Shown piece by piece: positions 1-9,618 of a stretch of DNA of 64,000 nt. The notes under the pieces were generated by a model. The model was not told the origin of the DNA. It was given only the letters and a program-made list of their open reading frames with translations, and searched no databases. The first letter of the stretch is position 1. Each line of letters begins with the position of its first letter. The stretch spans positions 30,001 to 94,000 of the forward strand of contig CAZRJG010000003.1 of assembly GCA_964600365.1 (NCBI GenBank). The letters run 5' to 3'. The position numbers and the translations under genes were made by a program. This DNA comes from an uncultured Acidimicrobiia bacterium. Lineage in GTDB: Bacteria > Actinomycetota > Acidimicrobiia > Spongiisociales > JAENVV01.

Positions 1-2
1 AC

Positions 3-392
3 GACGCCATCTTCGAGGTGCTCCTCGAGACGATGCGAAGCGCCGCCGAACGCCCCGCCGGCACGCCATCGCTCGACGAGTTCATCGATCAATGGGTCCG
101 CTTCGTCCTCGACAACCCGACCGCAGCGATGATCTACGCCCGGCTGGGTGTCACCGGCGCCGTCAACCGGACCGACATCGTCGACCGCATCCGCCACTTC
201 CAGGAGAAGCGGGTCGACTACCTCGCCGCTGCGCTGTGCGCGGCGAACCCGCAGATGGAGGTGGCCGATGCGACGCCGCGGGCTGAGCTCGTCCTCGCCA
301 CATTGAATGGACTCACCGTCCGCTACCTCCTCGACCCGGCGTTCGACCTCGCCGCCCACGTCGAGGTGCTCAGGGAGATCGCCGCCTCCTGA
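3..392 (+). CDS. TetR/AcrR-family transcriptional regulator, C-terminal part (5' end outside window)
   Basis: Open frame from the window edge (DAIFEVLLETMR...). All-helical ligand-binding-domain pattern ending 'ELVLATLNGLTVRYLLDP'. Confidence 0.6.
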   Translation, partial: DAIFEVLLETMRSAAERPAGTPSLDEFIDQWVRFVLDNPTAAMIYARLGVTGAVNRTDIVDRIRHFQEKRVDYLAAALCAANPQMEVADATPRAELVLATLNGLTVRYLLDPAFDLAAHVEVLREIAAS

Positions 393-410
393 CGGGGACC
401 CGCGGGTCGG

Positions 411-878
411 CTACGAAGATCCCTGCTCCGTCCACCGTCGCAGGCCTGACTCTGCTTGGGCCCGAACTCGGTTCCTGATCATTGGCGACCAGCCCAACAC
501 GGTGCCGACGGGACCGAGCGCCATGCGGCTCCACCGCCAGAGGTCGAACCGGTCCTCTTGGGTGAGGATCAGCCCGTCGGCGAAGGTGAAGCGCGCCTCG
601 ATGCGGTTGTGGACGCCCCGGCGCCGGGGCCCAAACGAGTACGTCGCCTCCCACCTCGCCCCGCCGGTGGCCCCGTCCGACCGCACGTCGGACCAGGTCA
701 CTGCGAGGTCGTCGCCCCGGGTACAGAGCATGCCCCACATCGCTCCGATCTCGGCTCCTCGTAGGTCGACGAAGACGGGATCCGAGAACGTGGCCTTCGC
801 GTGGTAGCAGTCGGCCATCGCAGCGCCGTCGCGCCTCGAGAGGGCGGCGTAGAGACGGTCGATCGTGGCCGCGCTCAT
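411..878 (-). CDS. Nuclear transport factor 2 / SnoaL-like family protein
   Basis: 'IDRLYAALSRRDGAAMADCYHAKATFSDPVF' and 'WEATYSF...VHNRIEARFTFADGLI' are typical of the SnoaL_2 fold. ATG at 878 lies just after the ptrB stop. Confidence 0.8.
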   Translation of the reverse strand: MSAATIDRLYAALSRRDGAAMADCYHAKATFSDPVFVDLRGAEIGAMWGMLCTRGDDLAVTWSDVRSDGATGGARWEATYSFGPRRRGVHNRIEARFTFADGLILTQEDRFDLWRWSRMALGPVGTVLGWSPMIRNRVRAQAESGLRRWTEQGSS

Positions 879-885
879 TCGGGGC

Positions 886-2958
886 TCAGCCGAGCACGCA
901 AAGGAGGAAGGCGATCCGCGCCGCATCCTCCTTGAGGTGGCCGAACCTGCCCGCGTCGCCGAAGTGGCCTGCGTCGACGTTCACATGGAAGAGCACGGGG
1001 GCGTCGTTCGTCATCGTGGCCCGGAGTCGTGCCACCCACTTCGCTGCCTCCCAATACGTGACGCGAGGGTCCGAGACGCCAGCGGTCACGAAGAAGGGCG
1101 GGTAGGGCACCTCGGCGATGTTGTCGTACGGCGAGTAGCCGGCGATCGTCTCGTACGCCTCCTCGTCCTCGATCGGGTTGCCCCACAGCGGCCACTCGGG
1201 TGGTGTGAGCGGGAGGTCGACGTCAGACATGGTGTTGAGGGCGTCGACGAACGGGACGTCGCCCATGACGAGTCCCCAGAGGTCGGGGCGCATGTTCGCC
1301 ACGGCCCCGACGAGGAGCCCGCCGGCACTGCGGCCATGACAGGCGATGCGTCCTGCCGAGGAGTACCCCTCGGCGATGAGGTGCTCGGCGGCTGCGATGA
1401 AGTCGTGGTGCGTGTTCGGCCGGTCCTGTCGGCTCCCGGCGGTGTACCACGCGTATCCCTTGTCGCTCCCCCCCCGGATGTGGGCGATGGCATACACGAA
1501 ACCTCGGTCCACGACCGAGAACCGGTGGGGCGAGAAGCTGGCGGGAAGTGCATACCCGTAGGCCCCATAGCCGTACAGGACGGCGGGTGCAGAGCCGTCG
1601 ATCGGGGTGTCGACGTGGTGGAGGACCGTCACGGGCACGGTTTCACCATCGTGGGAGACGGCGTGGGACCTGCGCACGACGTACCGCGACGGATCGTGGC
1701 CCGAGGGGATGAGCTGCTGCTTGCGGAGGGTCCGCTCGCGGCTCACGAGGTCGACGTCGAACTCCTGCTGGGGCGTGGACATCGACGAGTAGGTGAATCG
1801 GAGCGTGGTGGTGTTCTGCTCGTAGCCCGACCGGATCCCGAGGGCGTAGGCGTCCTCGTCGAACGCGAGGGTGTGCTCCGTCCCCGTGGAGAGGTCCCTG
1901 GTCACGATCCGGGGCAGGGCGTCGCGCTGTTCCAGTCGGACGAGGTGGCCTGCGAAAGGCACGAATCCCTCGATGAGGGTCCCCGCCTCGTGTGGCACGA
2001 CGTTGGACCAGTGCTGGCGGCCCGGGGAGGCGATCGGCGCCTCGACGATCCGGAAGTCGACGGCGTCGAGGTTCGTGCGGATGAGGAAGCGGTCCCCGAG
2101 GTGCTCGGGGTAGTACTCGACCCCTTGCTCGCGTCCGGCGATGAGTGTGAACGTGAGGTCGGGGTCGTCGGCGCGGGCGATCCGGACCTCACTCGTGTCG
2201 TGGTCGCTGCCGTGGATGTATACGTACTCGCCCGAGAGCATGCGTCCGGGGGAGATGAAGAAGCCCTCGTCCTCCTCTTCGTAGAGCACCGGGTCGTCGG
2301 CAGGATCGGTCCCGATGCGGTGGAGCTTCACCCATCGCGGGCGGAAGCCGTCGTCCCGAACCGCGTAGAGGATCCGCTCGTCGTCGACCCACACGGCACC
2401 GCCGTACACGCGGGCGATCGTTTCGGGGAGCCATTCCCCGGTTGCGGCGTTCCGGATCCGGAGGACGTAGTCCTCGTTTCCCTTGTCGTCCTCGGAGACC
2501 ATGAGCATCGAGTGGTCGGGTGAGTGCGAGGCCGATCCGATGCCGTAGAACGCGAGGCCCTCGGCTCGCGCATCGCCGTCGAGGAGGATCTGCTCCTCGC
2601 CGCCGCCCCGTGGGCGGCGACAGAGGAGGGGGTGCTCGCCGCCCTCGCGGTAGCGCCGGTAGTACTCCCACGGGCCGTCGGGGAAGGGGACCGTGCTCTC
2701 GTCCTGCTGCATCCGGCCGACGAGCTCGGCGTAGAGCTTCTCGGGGAGGTCGCCGGTGGCGTCTGCGAGGACGGCATCTGCGTATGCCCGCTCGGCCTCG
2801 AGGTGGGCGCGGATGGCGGGGTCCAGTTGCAAGGGATCGCGCAGGGCCTCCTGCCAGTTCGGGTCCTTCATCCACTGGTACGGATCGACTCGCGTGTGCC
2901 CGAGCTGCGTGATCTCGACGGGCTCGACCCGCGCAACGGGAGGGGTGGGTACCGACAT
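886..2958 (-). CDS. ptrB: Oligopeptidase B (S9A family serine peptidase)
   Basis: N-terminal 'HTRVDPYQWMKD', nucleophile motif GRSAGG, 'GVSDPRVTYWEAAKW' (Asp) and 'AGHFG' (His). TACCCT -10 lies 7 nt before the ATG. Confidence 0.92.
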   Translation of the reverse strand: MSVPTPPVARVEPVEITQLGHTRVDPYQWMKDPNWQEALRDPLQLDPAIRAHLEAERAYADAVLADATGDLPEKLYAELVGRMQQDESTVPFPDGPWEYYRRYREGGEHPLLCRRPRGGGEEQILLDGDARAEGLAFYGIGSASHSPDHSMLMVSEDDKGNEDYVLRIRNAATGEWLPETIARVYGGAVWVDDERILYAVRDDGFRPRWVKLHRIGTDPADDPVLYEEEDEGFFISPGRMLSGEYVYIHGSDHDTSEVRIARADDPDLTFTLIAGREQGVEYYPEHLGDRFLIRTNLDAVDFRIVEAPIASPGRQHWSNVVPHEAGTLIEGFVPFAGHLVRLEQRDALPRIVTRDLSTGTEHTLAFDEDAYALGIRSGYEQNTTTLRFTYSSMSTPQQEFDVDLVSRERTLRKQQLIPSGHDPSRYVVRRSHAVSHDGETVPVTVLHHVDTPIDGSAPAVLYGYGAYGYALPASFSPHRFSVVDRGFVYAIAHIRGGSDKGYAWYTAGSRQDRPNTHHDFIAAAEHLIAEGYSSAGRIACHGRSAGGLLVGAVANMRPDLWGLVMGDVPFVDALNTMSDVDLPLTPPEWPLWGNPIEDEEAYETIAGYSPYDNIAEVPYPPFFVTAGVSDPRVTYWEAAKWVARLRATMTNDAPVLFHVNVDAGHFGDAGRFGHLKEDAARIAFLLCVLG

Positions 2959-2986
2959 GGGTGGGAGGGTACCGGCAGCGTCGGAT

Positions 2987-4060
2987 TCAGACGGCTGTGA
3001 ACCAGCCCATGGCGCCACGATCGGCGATCCAGCTCTGGTGCGGGTGGAACATGTACCTGCCCTTCTCGGGGAAGGTGAGTTCGAGCATCGCCCGCTCGGT
3101 CTGGGTGAACGCGACGATGTCGGTGTGCATCGACGGGATGTCGGACGTCCCGGACGGGAAGACGTCGAATGTCTCGGCGTGCACGTGGAAGGAGGCGATG
3201 GGTTCGCCCTCCGCCATGTTGAGCACGAAGAGGCGAATCGGCTCACCCACGGGGACCCGGATCGGGAACTTGGCGTACCCGCCGGCGATCCCGTTCCACG
3301 TGAACAGGTCCGGTTTCCCCGTCTCGCGGGGATCCCACGACGAGAGGATGAGCTGGCGTTCGTGTGCCTCGGGCCTCCCACCTGGGGGGTCCACGATGAG
3401 CATCCCGTAGAGCCCTTTCTGGATGTGGTGACCGATCGGCATCACATGGCAGTGGTAGGGGTGGAACCCCGCCGGCCCGGCCTCGATCTCGTACACGGTC
3501 TCGCCGCCTGGGGGGATGGGCTGCCATCCATCGTGGGCGACGGAGTGGCGCCCATGGAAGTGGAGGTTGTGGCTCTTGCCGGTGAGGTTCCGAAAGTGGA
3601 CGCGGAGGAGGTCGCCCTCGTTGGCGCGCAGCGTCGGACCCGGCGCGGTCCCGTTGTAGAGCCACGCCTCGTAGCTGAGCCCGTTGGCGATCTCGACCTG
3701 CTCGACGGTGACCCGTATCTCGATGTCGCGGACCGTCGGGGCTCCTGGATCGAAGGGAGGGGGTGTCGCCCGGGCGTCGAGGTCGTCGACCGTGAGGTGT
3801 GGCGGTGGGTCGAACGCACCGCCGTACACGTCGATGAGCTGCCCGGGCAGGGTTCCTTCGGAGAGGAGGCCCCGGGGGTCGTCGTCCGTGGCCTCGGCCC
3901 GCTCGCCATCGAGGAGCCGGCCGATGCCCTGGGCCCCGGCGCCTCCTGCTGCACCCCCGAGGAGCACTGCCCCCGAGACCCCGAGGCGGCGGAGCACCTC
4001 CCTCCGCTCCGGCGACCGGGGACCCTCGGTGGGCTCCCGGGCCTCGGGCCGGTCCGTCAC
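2987..4060 (-). CDS. Tat-exported two-domain multicopper oxidase (type 1 Cu in domain 1)
   Basis: Twin-arginine-like signal 'ERREVLRRLG'. Cu motifs HNLHFHG, YHCH..H....L, FHVHA and FHPH. GTG start overlaps the upstream TGA (GTGA). Confidence 0.85.
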   Translation of the reverse strand: MTDRPEAREPTEGPRSPERREVLRRLGVSGAVLLGGAAGGAGAQGIGRLLDGERAEATDDDPRGLLSEGTLPGQLIDVYGGAFDPPPHLTVDDLDARATPPPFDPGAPTVRDIEIRVTVEQVEIANGLSYEAWLYNGTAPGPTLRANEGDLLRVHFRNLTGKSHNLHFHGRHSVAHDGWQPIPPGGETVYEIEAGPAGFHPYHCHVMPIGHHIQKGLYGMLIVDPPGGRPEAHERQLILSSWDPRETGKPDLFTWNGIAGGYAKFPIRVPVGEPIRLFVLNMAEGEPIASFHVHAETFDVFPSGTSDIPSMHTDIVAFTQTERAMLELTFPEKGRYMFHPHQSWIADRGAMGWFTAV

Positions 4061-5982
4061 ACGAGTCCCCCGGCCATGAGGGCCGCCACCAGGGCAACGA
4101 GCCACACGCCGAGGCCGCCGAACACGAGGGAGAAGCGCTTTGCCGGACGGGACGGGCCGGCGAGTGCCCAGGCGATGACGCCGACGGCGGGGACGAGCAC
4201 GATCACTGCGATCCAGGCTGCCTTGCCGATGCTGCCCGAGGCGCCGGCCAGCGTGCGGCGGATCGCAACGATGCCACTGCCGACCCAGACGATCCAGGGC
4301 AGCCAGTCGAGGAGGAACCCGAACAGCAGCGTCCAGGTGTTGCCGGGGATCGGCACCGCCCCGAGGACGAACACGTCGTCGACGGGCTCGTCGGGCGCCT
4401 CGGTCGGGGTCGGGAAGTTGGAGAGGTCCGTGTCGAGGCCAGCGAACACGTCAATGGCCGGCCGCACCGGCGCCAAAGCGCCTCCTGGGAGCTGGTCGAA
4501 GTCGAGGGCCTCGGGGCCGGGGCCACCGGCATTCGGGAAGGCGTTCTCGGTGGTGTTGCCCTGGGCGAATGCCGCGGCCAGCTGCGAGAACGTGCCGAGC
4601 GAGACGGGGCTGGGGAGGTTGACGCCGTCGCAGTCGTGGAGGACTCCGAGCGAGCGCGGGATGGAACCGTCGTACTCGTTGCGGGCGAAGCAGGAGCGGT
4701 CGTCTGCCGGTCCGGAGAGGAGGAGGTCCACCCGGCCGTTGCCGGTGACGATGTTGTCGACGACCCTCGAGCCGCCCGGCGCCCAGAAGTTGGCGTCGAA
4801 CATCGGCGTGAGGGCGATCCCGAAGCCTGTGTTGTTCACGACGAGGTTCTGGACGATGAGGGCGCTGCGCCCACCCGGGTAGAGGATCCCCCCGCCTTCG
4901 GCGGTGCGTTGCACGGCGCCGGTGGGCACCTCCACGGTGCCCTGCCCATGGACGAGGTTGCCGGCGATGACGTTGTTACGGACCGGCGGCAGCAGCTCCG
5001 AGTCGAGTGTGTTGGGGACGATCCCACCGCTGTTGTAGCGCCAGGTCGAGTTGACGATGTAGATGTTGCCGGAGCTGTTCGTGCCCGAGTAGCCGAGGCC
5101 GTTGTACTCGCTCACGACGTCGGTAATCATCGCGTTGCAGGGGTCGCACTGGCCGATGTAGAAGCCCGAGTCCCACGACCCGGATGCGTAGGAGTGCTCG
5201 ATGAGGCCGTCCACAGAATCGAAGGCGTAGATGCCATACACGAGGTTGTCGATGGCCGTGAGGTACGAGCCCCGATAGCCGGTGACGCCCGTCCAGAACA
5301 CCCCGTTCGAGAGGTAGTTCTTGGTCGTGAGGTTCTCGACGGCCACGCCGTCGGCGGTGGCAAAGACACCGTTCTCAAGGATGAACTCGCCGTCGAGGAT
5401 GACGGCGTTGCGGTCCTCGCCCCGGATCGTGATCCCGGGGGTGGTGACCGTCACCTGTTCCTTGTACGTCCCGGACCTGACGAGGACGAGGTCACCCGGT
5501 TCGGCGGCATCGACCGCGGTCTGGATGTCGGGGAACCCGTCGTCGGGAACCACGAGCGTCTGCCCGGTCCAGTCGCGGGGCACCTCGGCCCGGGCCTCGG
5601 TGGCGGCCTCGGCCTGGTCCGGGTCGCCGACGACGAGCGTCGCCACCATCCCCGAGTACGACCCGTCGTCGCCCTTGGCGGCGTGGAAGGAGCAGTAGAT
5701 CTGATAGACGCCCGGTTTGGCGAAGCGGAGCGTGGTCTCGTCGCCCTGGTTCATCACCAGCGACCCGAACGAGTCCTCGGTCGAGAACGTCCCTCCGGCG
5801 TCGATGGCGTTGTGGGGGTTGCGCCCGTTGTTGCGGAACAGCACGGTGCCGTTCACCGGCACGTTGATCACCGCGGGGGAGAAGGTGTTGTCGAGCATGG
5901 CGACCTCGACGTCGGCCCCCTGGGAGGCGCAGGAGGCGAGGGCGATCGCGGCCAGGGCGAGGAGGAGCAGGCGCAGGCGCAT
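4057..5982 (-). CDS. Lipoprotein with cupredoxin domain, right-handed parallel beta-helix and C-terminal membrane (PLDc_N-like) helices
   Basis: Lipobox 'LASC'. Blue-copper ligands 'PHN' and 'YCSFH...GM'. 'IQTAVDAAEPGDLVLVRSGTYKEQV' beta-helix entry followed by NosD-like repeats. Hydrophobic C-terminal 'KAAWIAVIVLVPAVGVIAWALAGP'. Confidence 0.8.
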   Translation of the reverse strand: MRLRLLLLALAAIALASCASQGADVEVAMLDNTFSPAVINVPVNGTVLFRNNGRNPHNAIDAGGTFSTEDSFGSLVMNQGDETTLRFAKPGVYQIYCSFHAAKGDDGSYSGMVATLVVGDPDQAEAATEARAEVPRDWTGQTLVVPDDGFPDIQTAVDAAEPGDLVLVRSGTYKEQVTVTTPGITIRGEDRNAVILDGEFILENGVFATADGVAVENLTTKNYLSNGVFWTGVTGYRGSYLTAIDNLVYGIYAFDSVDGLIEHSYASGSWDSGFYIGQCDPCNAMITDVVSEYNGLGYSGTNSSGNIYIVNSTWRYNSGGIVPNTLDSELLPPVRNNVIAGNLVHGQGTVEVPTGAVQRTAEGGGILYPGGRSALIVQNLVVNNTGFGIALTPMFDANFWAPGGSRVVDNIVTGNGRVDLLLSGPADDRSCFARNEYDGSIPRSLGVLHDCDGVNLPSPVSLGTFSQLAAAFAQGNTTENAFPNAGGPGPEALDFDQLPGGALAPVRPAIDVFAGLDTDLSNFPTPTEAPDEPVDDVFVLGAVPIPGNTWTLLFGFLLDWLPWIVWVGSGIVAIRRTLAGASGSIGKAAWIAVIVLVPAVGVIAWALAGPSRPAKRFSLVFGGLGVWLVALVAALMAGGLV

Positions 5983-6015
5983 GGGCGGGAGCGTAGCCCT
6001 CGCCTCCTCGCGCCG

Positions 6016-7362
6016 TCAGTCCCCGATGGCGGGCGGCGCGGGGTCGCCGGGAGGGGGACCGCCCGCGAGATAGTGGTCGAAGAAGTCGGTGAGGGTGCCG
6101 TTCACAAGCCCGACGACGATGTCGGGCTCGATGGGTCCGCGCAGGCCGACGTAGTGGGCGAAGGGGAACACGTAGGACACGAACGTGAAGTCGTTGTGCT
6201 CGGCCCCGGGGATGCTCCACAGGTCGGCCGGGGCCTCGGCGCGTGACACGACACCGGCGAGGAGGGCGTCGTTGGGCGTCCCGGTCCACCCCTCGGAACG
6301 AAGGAACCGCGAGGGGACGTCAAGGGGCACGGAGAGGATCGCCGGCGGGATCGGCTCCACCCACGCATCGAGGCCGACGAGGGTGTCGCACCGATGATCC
6401 TCGAGGCAGAAGCGGATCGCAGCCCCCCCTCCGGTCGAATGGCCGAAGACGCCGAGCATCGAAGTGTCGGCCTGCGCGGCGAGGACCGCCGCCGGACCGG
6501 TTCCCGACTCCATCGTCTCGACCACGAGGGAGATGTCGCCGGCGTAGGTCTCCACGAGCAGTTCGATCGCCTCCTGGTAGGCGTCGACCCCGACCTCCTC
6601 GGCGTCGGGGAGTGCCGCGGGGTCGAAGGTCACCGCCGTCCCGTCGGCGAGCACGGTTGCGACCGCCCCATGGGTGTGGTCGGGGGCGAGCACGATGAAG
6701 CCGTGGGAGGCCAGTGCTTCGGCCTGGTCCGGCGCGACCGTCCGGAACCCGGTCCACCCATGGGAGTACACGATGGTTGGCCAGGGTCCCGGGAGGATGG
6801 GGGCGTCGACGGTCGCGTGCGATGTCACATAGCGGGTGTGGTCGAAGAGGAACGATGGCAAGCCCCGTTGCTCGGCGATGACGGGGCCGATGGCGGCGAT
6901 GTTGGGCGTCCACGGGACCGGGTCACCGTCGGACTCGCTGGTCGGGTACCAGGCCTGCACCACGATGCGTCGGGGCTCACCCGCGAGCGACCCATAGGGC
7001 TCGTCCCGCTTGGGGTCCACGATCTCGAACGAAGCCGTGCCCACGGCGTAGGGGCCACCCGGCTCGGGAAGATCGGGGACCGGCAGGAGGGCGGGAAGGA
7101 GTCCTCCGACGACGCCGACGACGAGGCCCACGGCGACCCTGCGCGCCGCTGGCCGTCGATCGGGATCCGCGGGGAGGGAGCGGAGGAGGAGGACGGCCAG
7201 CAGGACTCCCGCCGGGACGAGTTGCCAGCGCCAGCCCTCGAGCCACACCTGTGAACCTGCCGCGAGGAGTGCCGCGAGGGACCATGCGATCCGCGGTCGA
7301 CCGCGCGGCAACGCGAATCCGACTGCAAGGAGCGCAACGAGGAGGGCCTCGAAGAGGCGCAT
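6016..7362 (-). CDS. Membrane-anchored alpha/beta hydrolase (PAF-acetylhydrolase-like / dienelactone hydrolase family)
   Basis: N-terminal TM helices, 'PGGPYAVG', 'RRIVVQAWYP', 'IVYSHGWTG', nucleophile GHSTGG, 'GLDAW' and 'GAEHNDF'. Confidence 0.82.
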   Translation of the reverse strand: MRLFEALLVALLAVGFALPRGRPRIAWSLAALLAAGSQVWLEGWRWQLVPAGVLLAVLLLRSLPADPDRRPAARRVAVGLVVGVVGGLLPALLPVPDLPEPGGPYAVGTASFEIVDPKRDEPYGSLAGEPRRIVVQAWYPTSESDGDPVPWTPNIAAIGPVIAEQRGLPSFLFDHTRYVTSHATVDAPILPGPWPTIVYSHGWTGFRTVAPDQAEALASHGFIVLAPDHTHGAVATVLADGTAVTFDPAALPDAEEVGVDAYQEAIELLVETYAGDISLVVETMESGTGPAAVLAAQADTSMLGVFGHSTGGGAAIRFCLEDHRCDTLVGLDAWVEPIPPAILSVPLDVPSRFLRSEGWTGTPNDALLAGVVSRAEAPADLWSIPGAEHNDFTFVSYVFPFAHYVGLRGPIEPDIVVGLVNGTLTDFFDHYLAGGPPPGDPAPPAIGD

Positions 7363-7364
7363 CG

Positions 7365-7841
7365 TCAGCCGAGGGGACGGGCCGTCACCACGACGCCGTC
7401 GGAGTCTGCAGTGACGTACTCGCCGGGTGTGAAGGTGACGCCGCCAAAGGACACGGGGACGTCGATGCGGCCCTCACCGCGCTTCACCGATCGACGCGGG
7501 TTGGTGCCGAGGGCCTTCACGCCGACCTCCAACTCATCGATGGCGTCGCTATCGCGGATGCAGCCGTACACGATGAGGCCCGCCCAACCCTGTTCGACGG
7601 CGAGGCCCGCAAGGGTGTCGCCCACGAGCGCACACCGGAGCGACCCCCCGCCGTCGACCACGAGGACGGCGCCTTTGCCCTCCTGCTCGAGGAGCCCGCG
7701 GACGTGGGTGTTGTCCTCGTGGCACTTCACGGTGCGGATGGGGCCGGCGAACGACTCGACCTCCCCATAGGTGAGGAGGGGGATCTCGAGGACGGAGACG
7801 TCGTCGGGATGGGTGTCGCAGAGGTCGGCGGTGGAGGTCAT
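7365..7841 (-). CDS. rraA: RraA family protein (RNase E regulator / HMG-aldolase-like)
   Basis: 'TADLCD', 'VKCHEDN', '[17 protein letters not shown]', 'GCIRD' and 'ADSDGVVV'. Confidence 0.92.
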   Translation of the reverse strand: MTSTADLCDTHPDDVSVLEIPLLTYGEVESFAGPIRTVKCHEDNTHVRGLLEQEGKGAVLVVDGGGSLRCALVGDTLAGLAVEQGWAGLIVYGCIRDSDAIDELEVGVKALGTNPRRSVKRGEGRIDVPVSFGGVTFTPGEYVTADSDGVVVTARPLG

Positions 7842-7943
7842 GACCGGAAGGGTACGACGCACCGTGCGGGAAGCACGAGGAGTCCCGCGAACCACGGACG
7901 GGCGTGCATGCGTCAGACTGGGGGAAGACACAGGAGGTGTTCC

Positions 7944-9185
7944 GTGCGTCGTGGTGCCATGTTCCTTGCTCTCATCCTCGTGCTCGTGGGGTGTGTCGGT
8001 GATTCGTCCGGGACGACCGCCGCCCCCGGGACCACTGGTTCGCCCGCTCCCACCGTCGCGCCGACCACGACGGTTGCGCCGACCACGACCACCTCGGTGC
8101 CCTCTGGTACTTCTTTCTCCGATGTGATCGCGGTCGGTGAGCCGATCCGGCTCTCCTCCACCCACCGGGTCGCCAACGTGCCCCAGGACGACGTGCTCAA
8201 CGCACGAATGCTCCCGGGTACGGGAGGGCCGCTCTTCGCCGAACTCGACCCCGCGTATTCGACGTTCCGATTCACCGGCGAGGTGGCAGAGGTCGCTGAC
8301 GGCGGCACCTGGTCGAAGATCGTGTTGAGTGATCCCGCTGTCCAGCTCGTGTTCGACCCCGAGCCGTACCAGGTGCCCTGGGCATGGGTGAACAGCTTCT
8401 ACACGGAACCGATCGACGAGTGGGGACCGGTCACCGGGACCTGCGACCCGAGTGGCGGCGTTGCGAGCCATCCGGGCGATCCTGATTCCTCCTACGACCA
8501 ACTGATGGACCTGCTCCTGCTCGAGTTCGGCGGGTGTAGCCAACTCGTCGTCACCCTCGCCGAGGGAGATGGGCTCGACCACCTCGGGACGACCCTGCCC
8601 GCCGTCACCGCCCAGGTGCTCCCTGCGGGCATCGTGCGCCTCGAGATCGAGCGACCCGAGTCCGGGTGGCTCCAGGTCCTGTGGCCCGCCACGGAGATCA
8701 TCACCCCTGACCTCGAGGTGTACACGGTGCGGGGCACCGACGGCGAGATCTGGATCGACATCCACGGCGCCTCGCAGGCGTCCACCGAGTACCTCGCGGA
8801 GCAGGGCCAGGTCGTCGTGCACCTGGCGGCCGGCTCCCCGGTGGGGACGGAGCGCAACGAGTCGTTGGTGGGAGCCTTCTTCGAGGCGACCGCCGAGACC
8901 GTCTCCCTCTGGGGGTACGGCCGTCCCTTCGAGGCCTCCTTCTCGGCCCGAGTGCTCGATGCCACCGATGCCGTGGTCGCCGTGCCCGCGACGGGCAACG
9001 CCCTGTTCGCCCCGGGGTCGGGTGTGTTCGGCGTCATGACGACCGACTGGTCGGAGACGTGGGGATGGTGGGGCCTCGAACTCGACATCTCCGGGCTTGC
9101 CCCCGGCGACTATCGGATCGTGCTGGCGGACGACTCCGCAACTGAGGACGCGCCGACGATCGTCGCTCCGTTCGAGGTGCCGTAG
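7944..9185 (+). CDS. Secreted lipoprotein: Thr-rich linker, SH3-like, AMIN-like and Gmad2-like Ig domains
   Basis: GGAGG RBS then GTG 7944. Lipobox 'LVGC', '[27 protein letters not shown]', '[17 protein letters not shown]' and '[20 protein letters not shown]'. Confidence 0.6.
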   Translation: MRRGAMFLALILVLVGCVGDSSGTTAAPGTTGSPAPTVAPTTTVAPTTTTSVPSGTSFSDVIAVGEPIRLSSTHRVANVPQDDVLNARMLPGTGGPLFAELDPAYSTFRFTGEVAEVADGGTWSKIVLSDPAVQLVFDPEPYQVPWAWVNSFYTEPIDEWGPVTGTCDPSGGVASHPGDPDSSYDQLMDLLLLEFGGCSQLVVTLAEGDGLDHLGTTLPAVTAQVLPAGIVRLEIERPESGWLQVLWPATEIITPDLEVYTVRGTDGEIWIDIHGASQASTEYLAEQGQVVVHLAAGSPVGTERNESLVGAFFEATAETVSLWGYGRPFEASFSARVLDATDAVVAVPATGNALFAPGSGVFGVMTTDWSETWGWWGLELDISGLAPGDYRIVLADDSATEDAPTIVAPFEVP

Positions 9186-9228
9186 GCCCGACGAGGTGGC
9201 GGGGGCCGGGCGGTAGCCTTCCGGCCCG

Positions 9229-9618
9229 ATGCCGTTCGTGCACGAGATCCCCGTTCGCTGGGGCGAGCTCGACCCGTACAACCACCTCAACCATGCCGTC
9301 TACTTCTCGTACTGCGAGGCGGCTCGCATCGCCATGCTCGAGCAGGCGGGATGGGGGATGGGCACGCTCGAGGACGCTGGCTACCGGATCGTCGTGACCG
9401 AGGTGCAGGCCAAGTTCCTCCAGTCGGCGACCGAGGGACAGGTGCTCGCGATCACCACCGAGCTCCATGAGGGGCGCCGGGCCTCTGCGACGTGGCGACA
9501 GGTCGTCTCCCACGACGAGGAGCCGATCTTCGAGATGCTCGTCACCGCGGCGTTCACCACGCTGGAGGGCCGTCCGACCCGTGCGCCGTTCGGGTTCATG
9601 GACGCGATGGTCACCTGA
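9229..9618 (+). CDS. Acyl-CoA thioesterase (hotdog fold, YbgC/FadM family)
   Basis: '[25 protein letters not shown]' motif. Confidence 0.9.
   Translation: MPFVHEIPVRWGELDPYNHLNHAVYFSYCEAARIAMLEQAGWGMGTLEDAGYRIVVTEVQAKFLQSATEGQVLAITTELHEGRRASATWRQVVSHDEEPIFEMLVTAAFTTLEGRPTRAPFGFMDAMVT

Noticed and set aside
865-2523. Long antisense ORFs (e.g. 865-2523+, 2756-4882+, 4636-6246+, 14358-16226-, 31056-33098-, 49225-51045-, 56019-57542+, 60675-62258+)
   Set aside because: Shadow frames opposite clearly recognisable genes. They are expected at about 70% GC, are Arg/Pro/Gly-rich and show no motifs.
8020-8100. Short ACC/ACG-rich repeats (also 61060-61150) as possible tandem repeat arrays or CRISPR
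   Set aside because: They encode Thr-rich lipoprotein linkers. No constant repeat with unique spacers and no cas genes are present in the window.
7251-9290. Apparent 640-aa ORFs on both strands, suggesting RraA or lipoprotein fusions
   Set aside because: The real starts (7841 minus with a -10 element, 7944 plus with an RBS) are divergent. The extensions are stop-free GC-rich run-ons.
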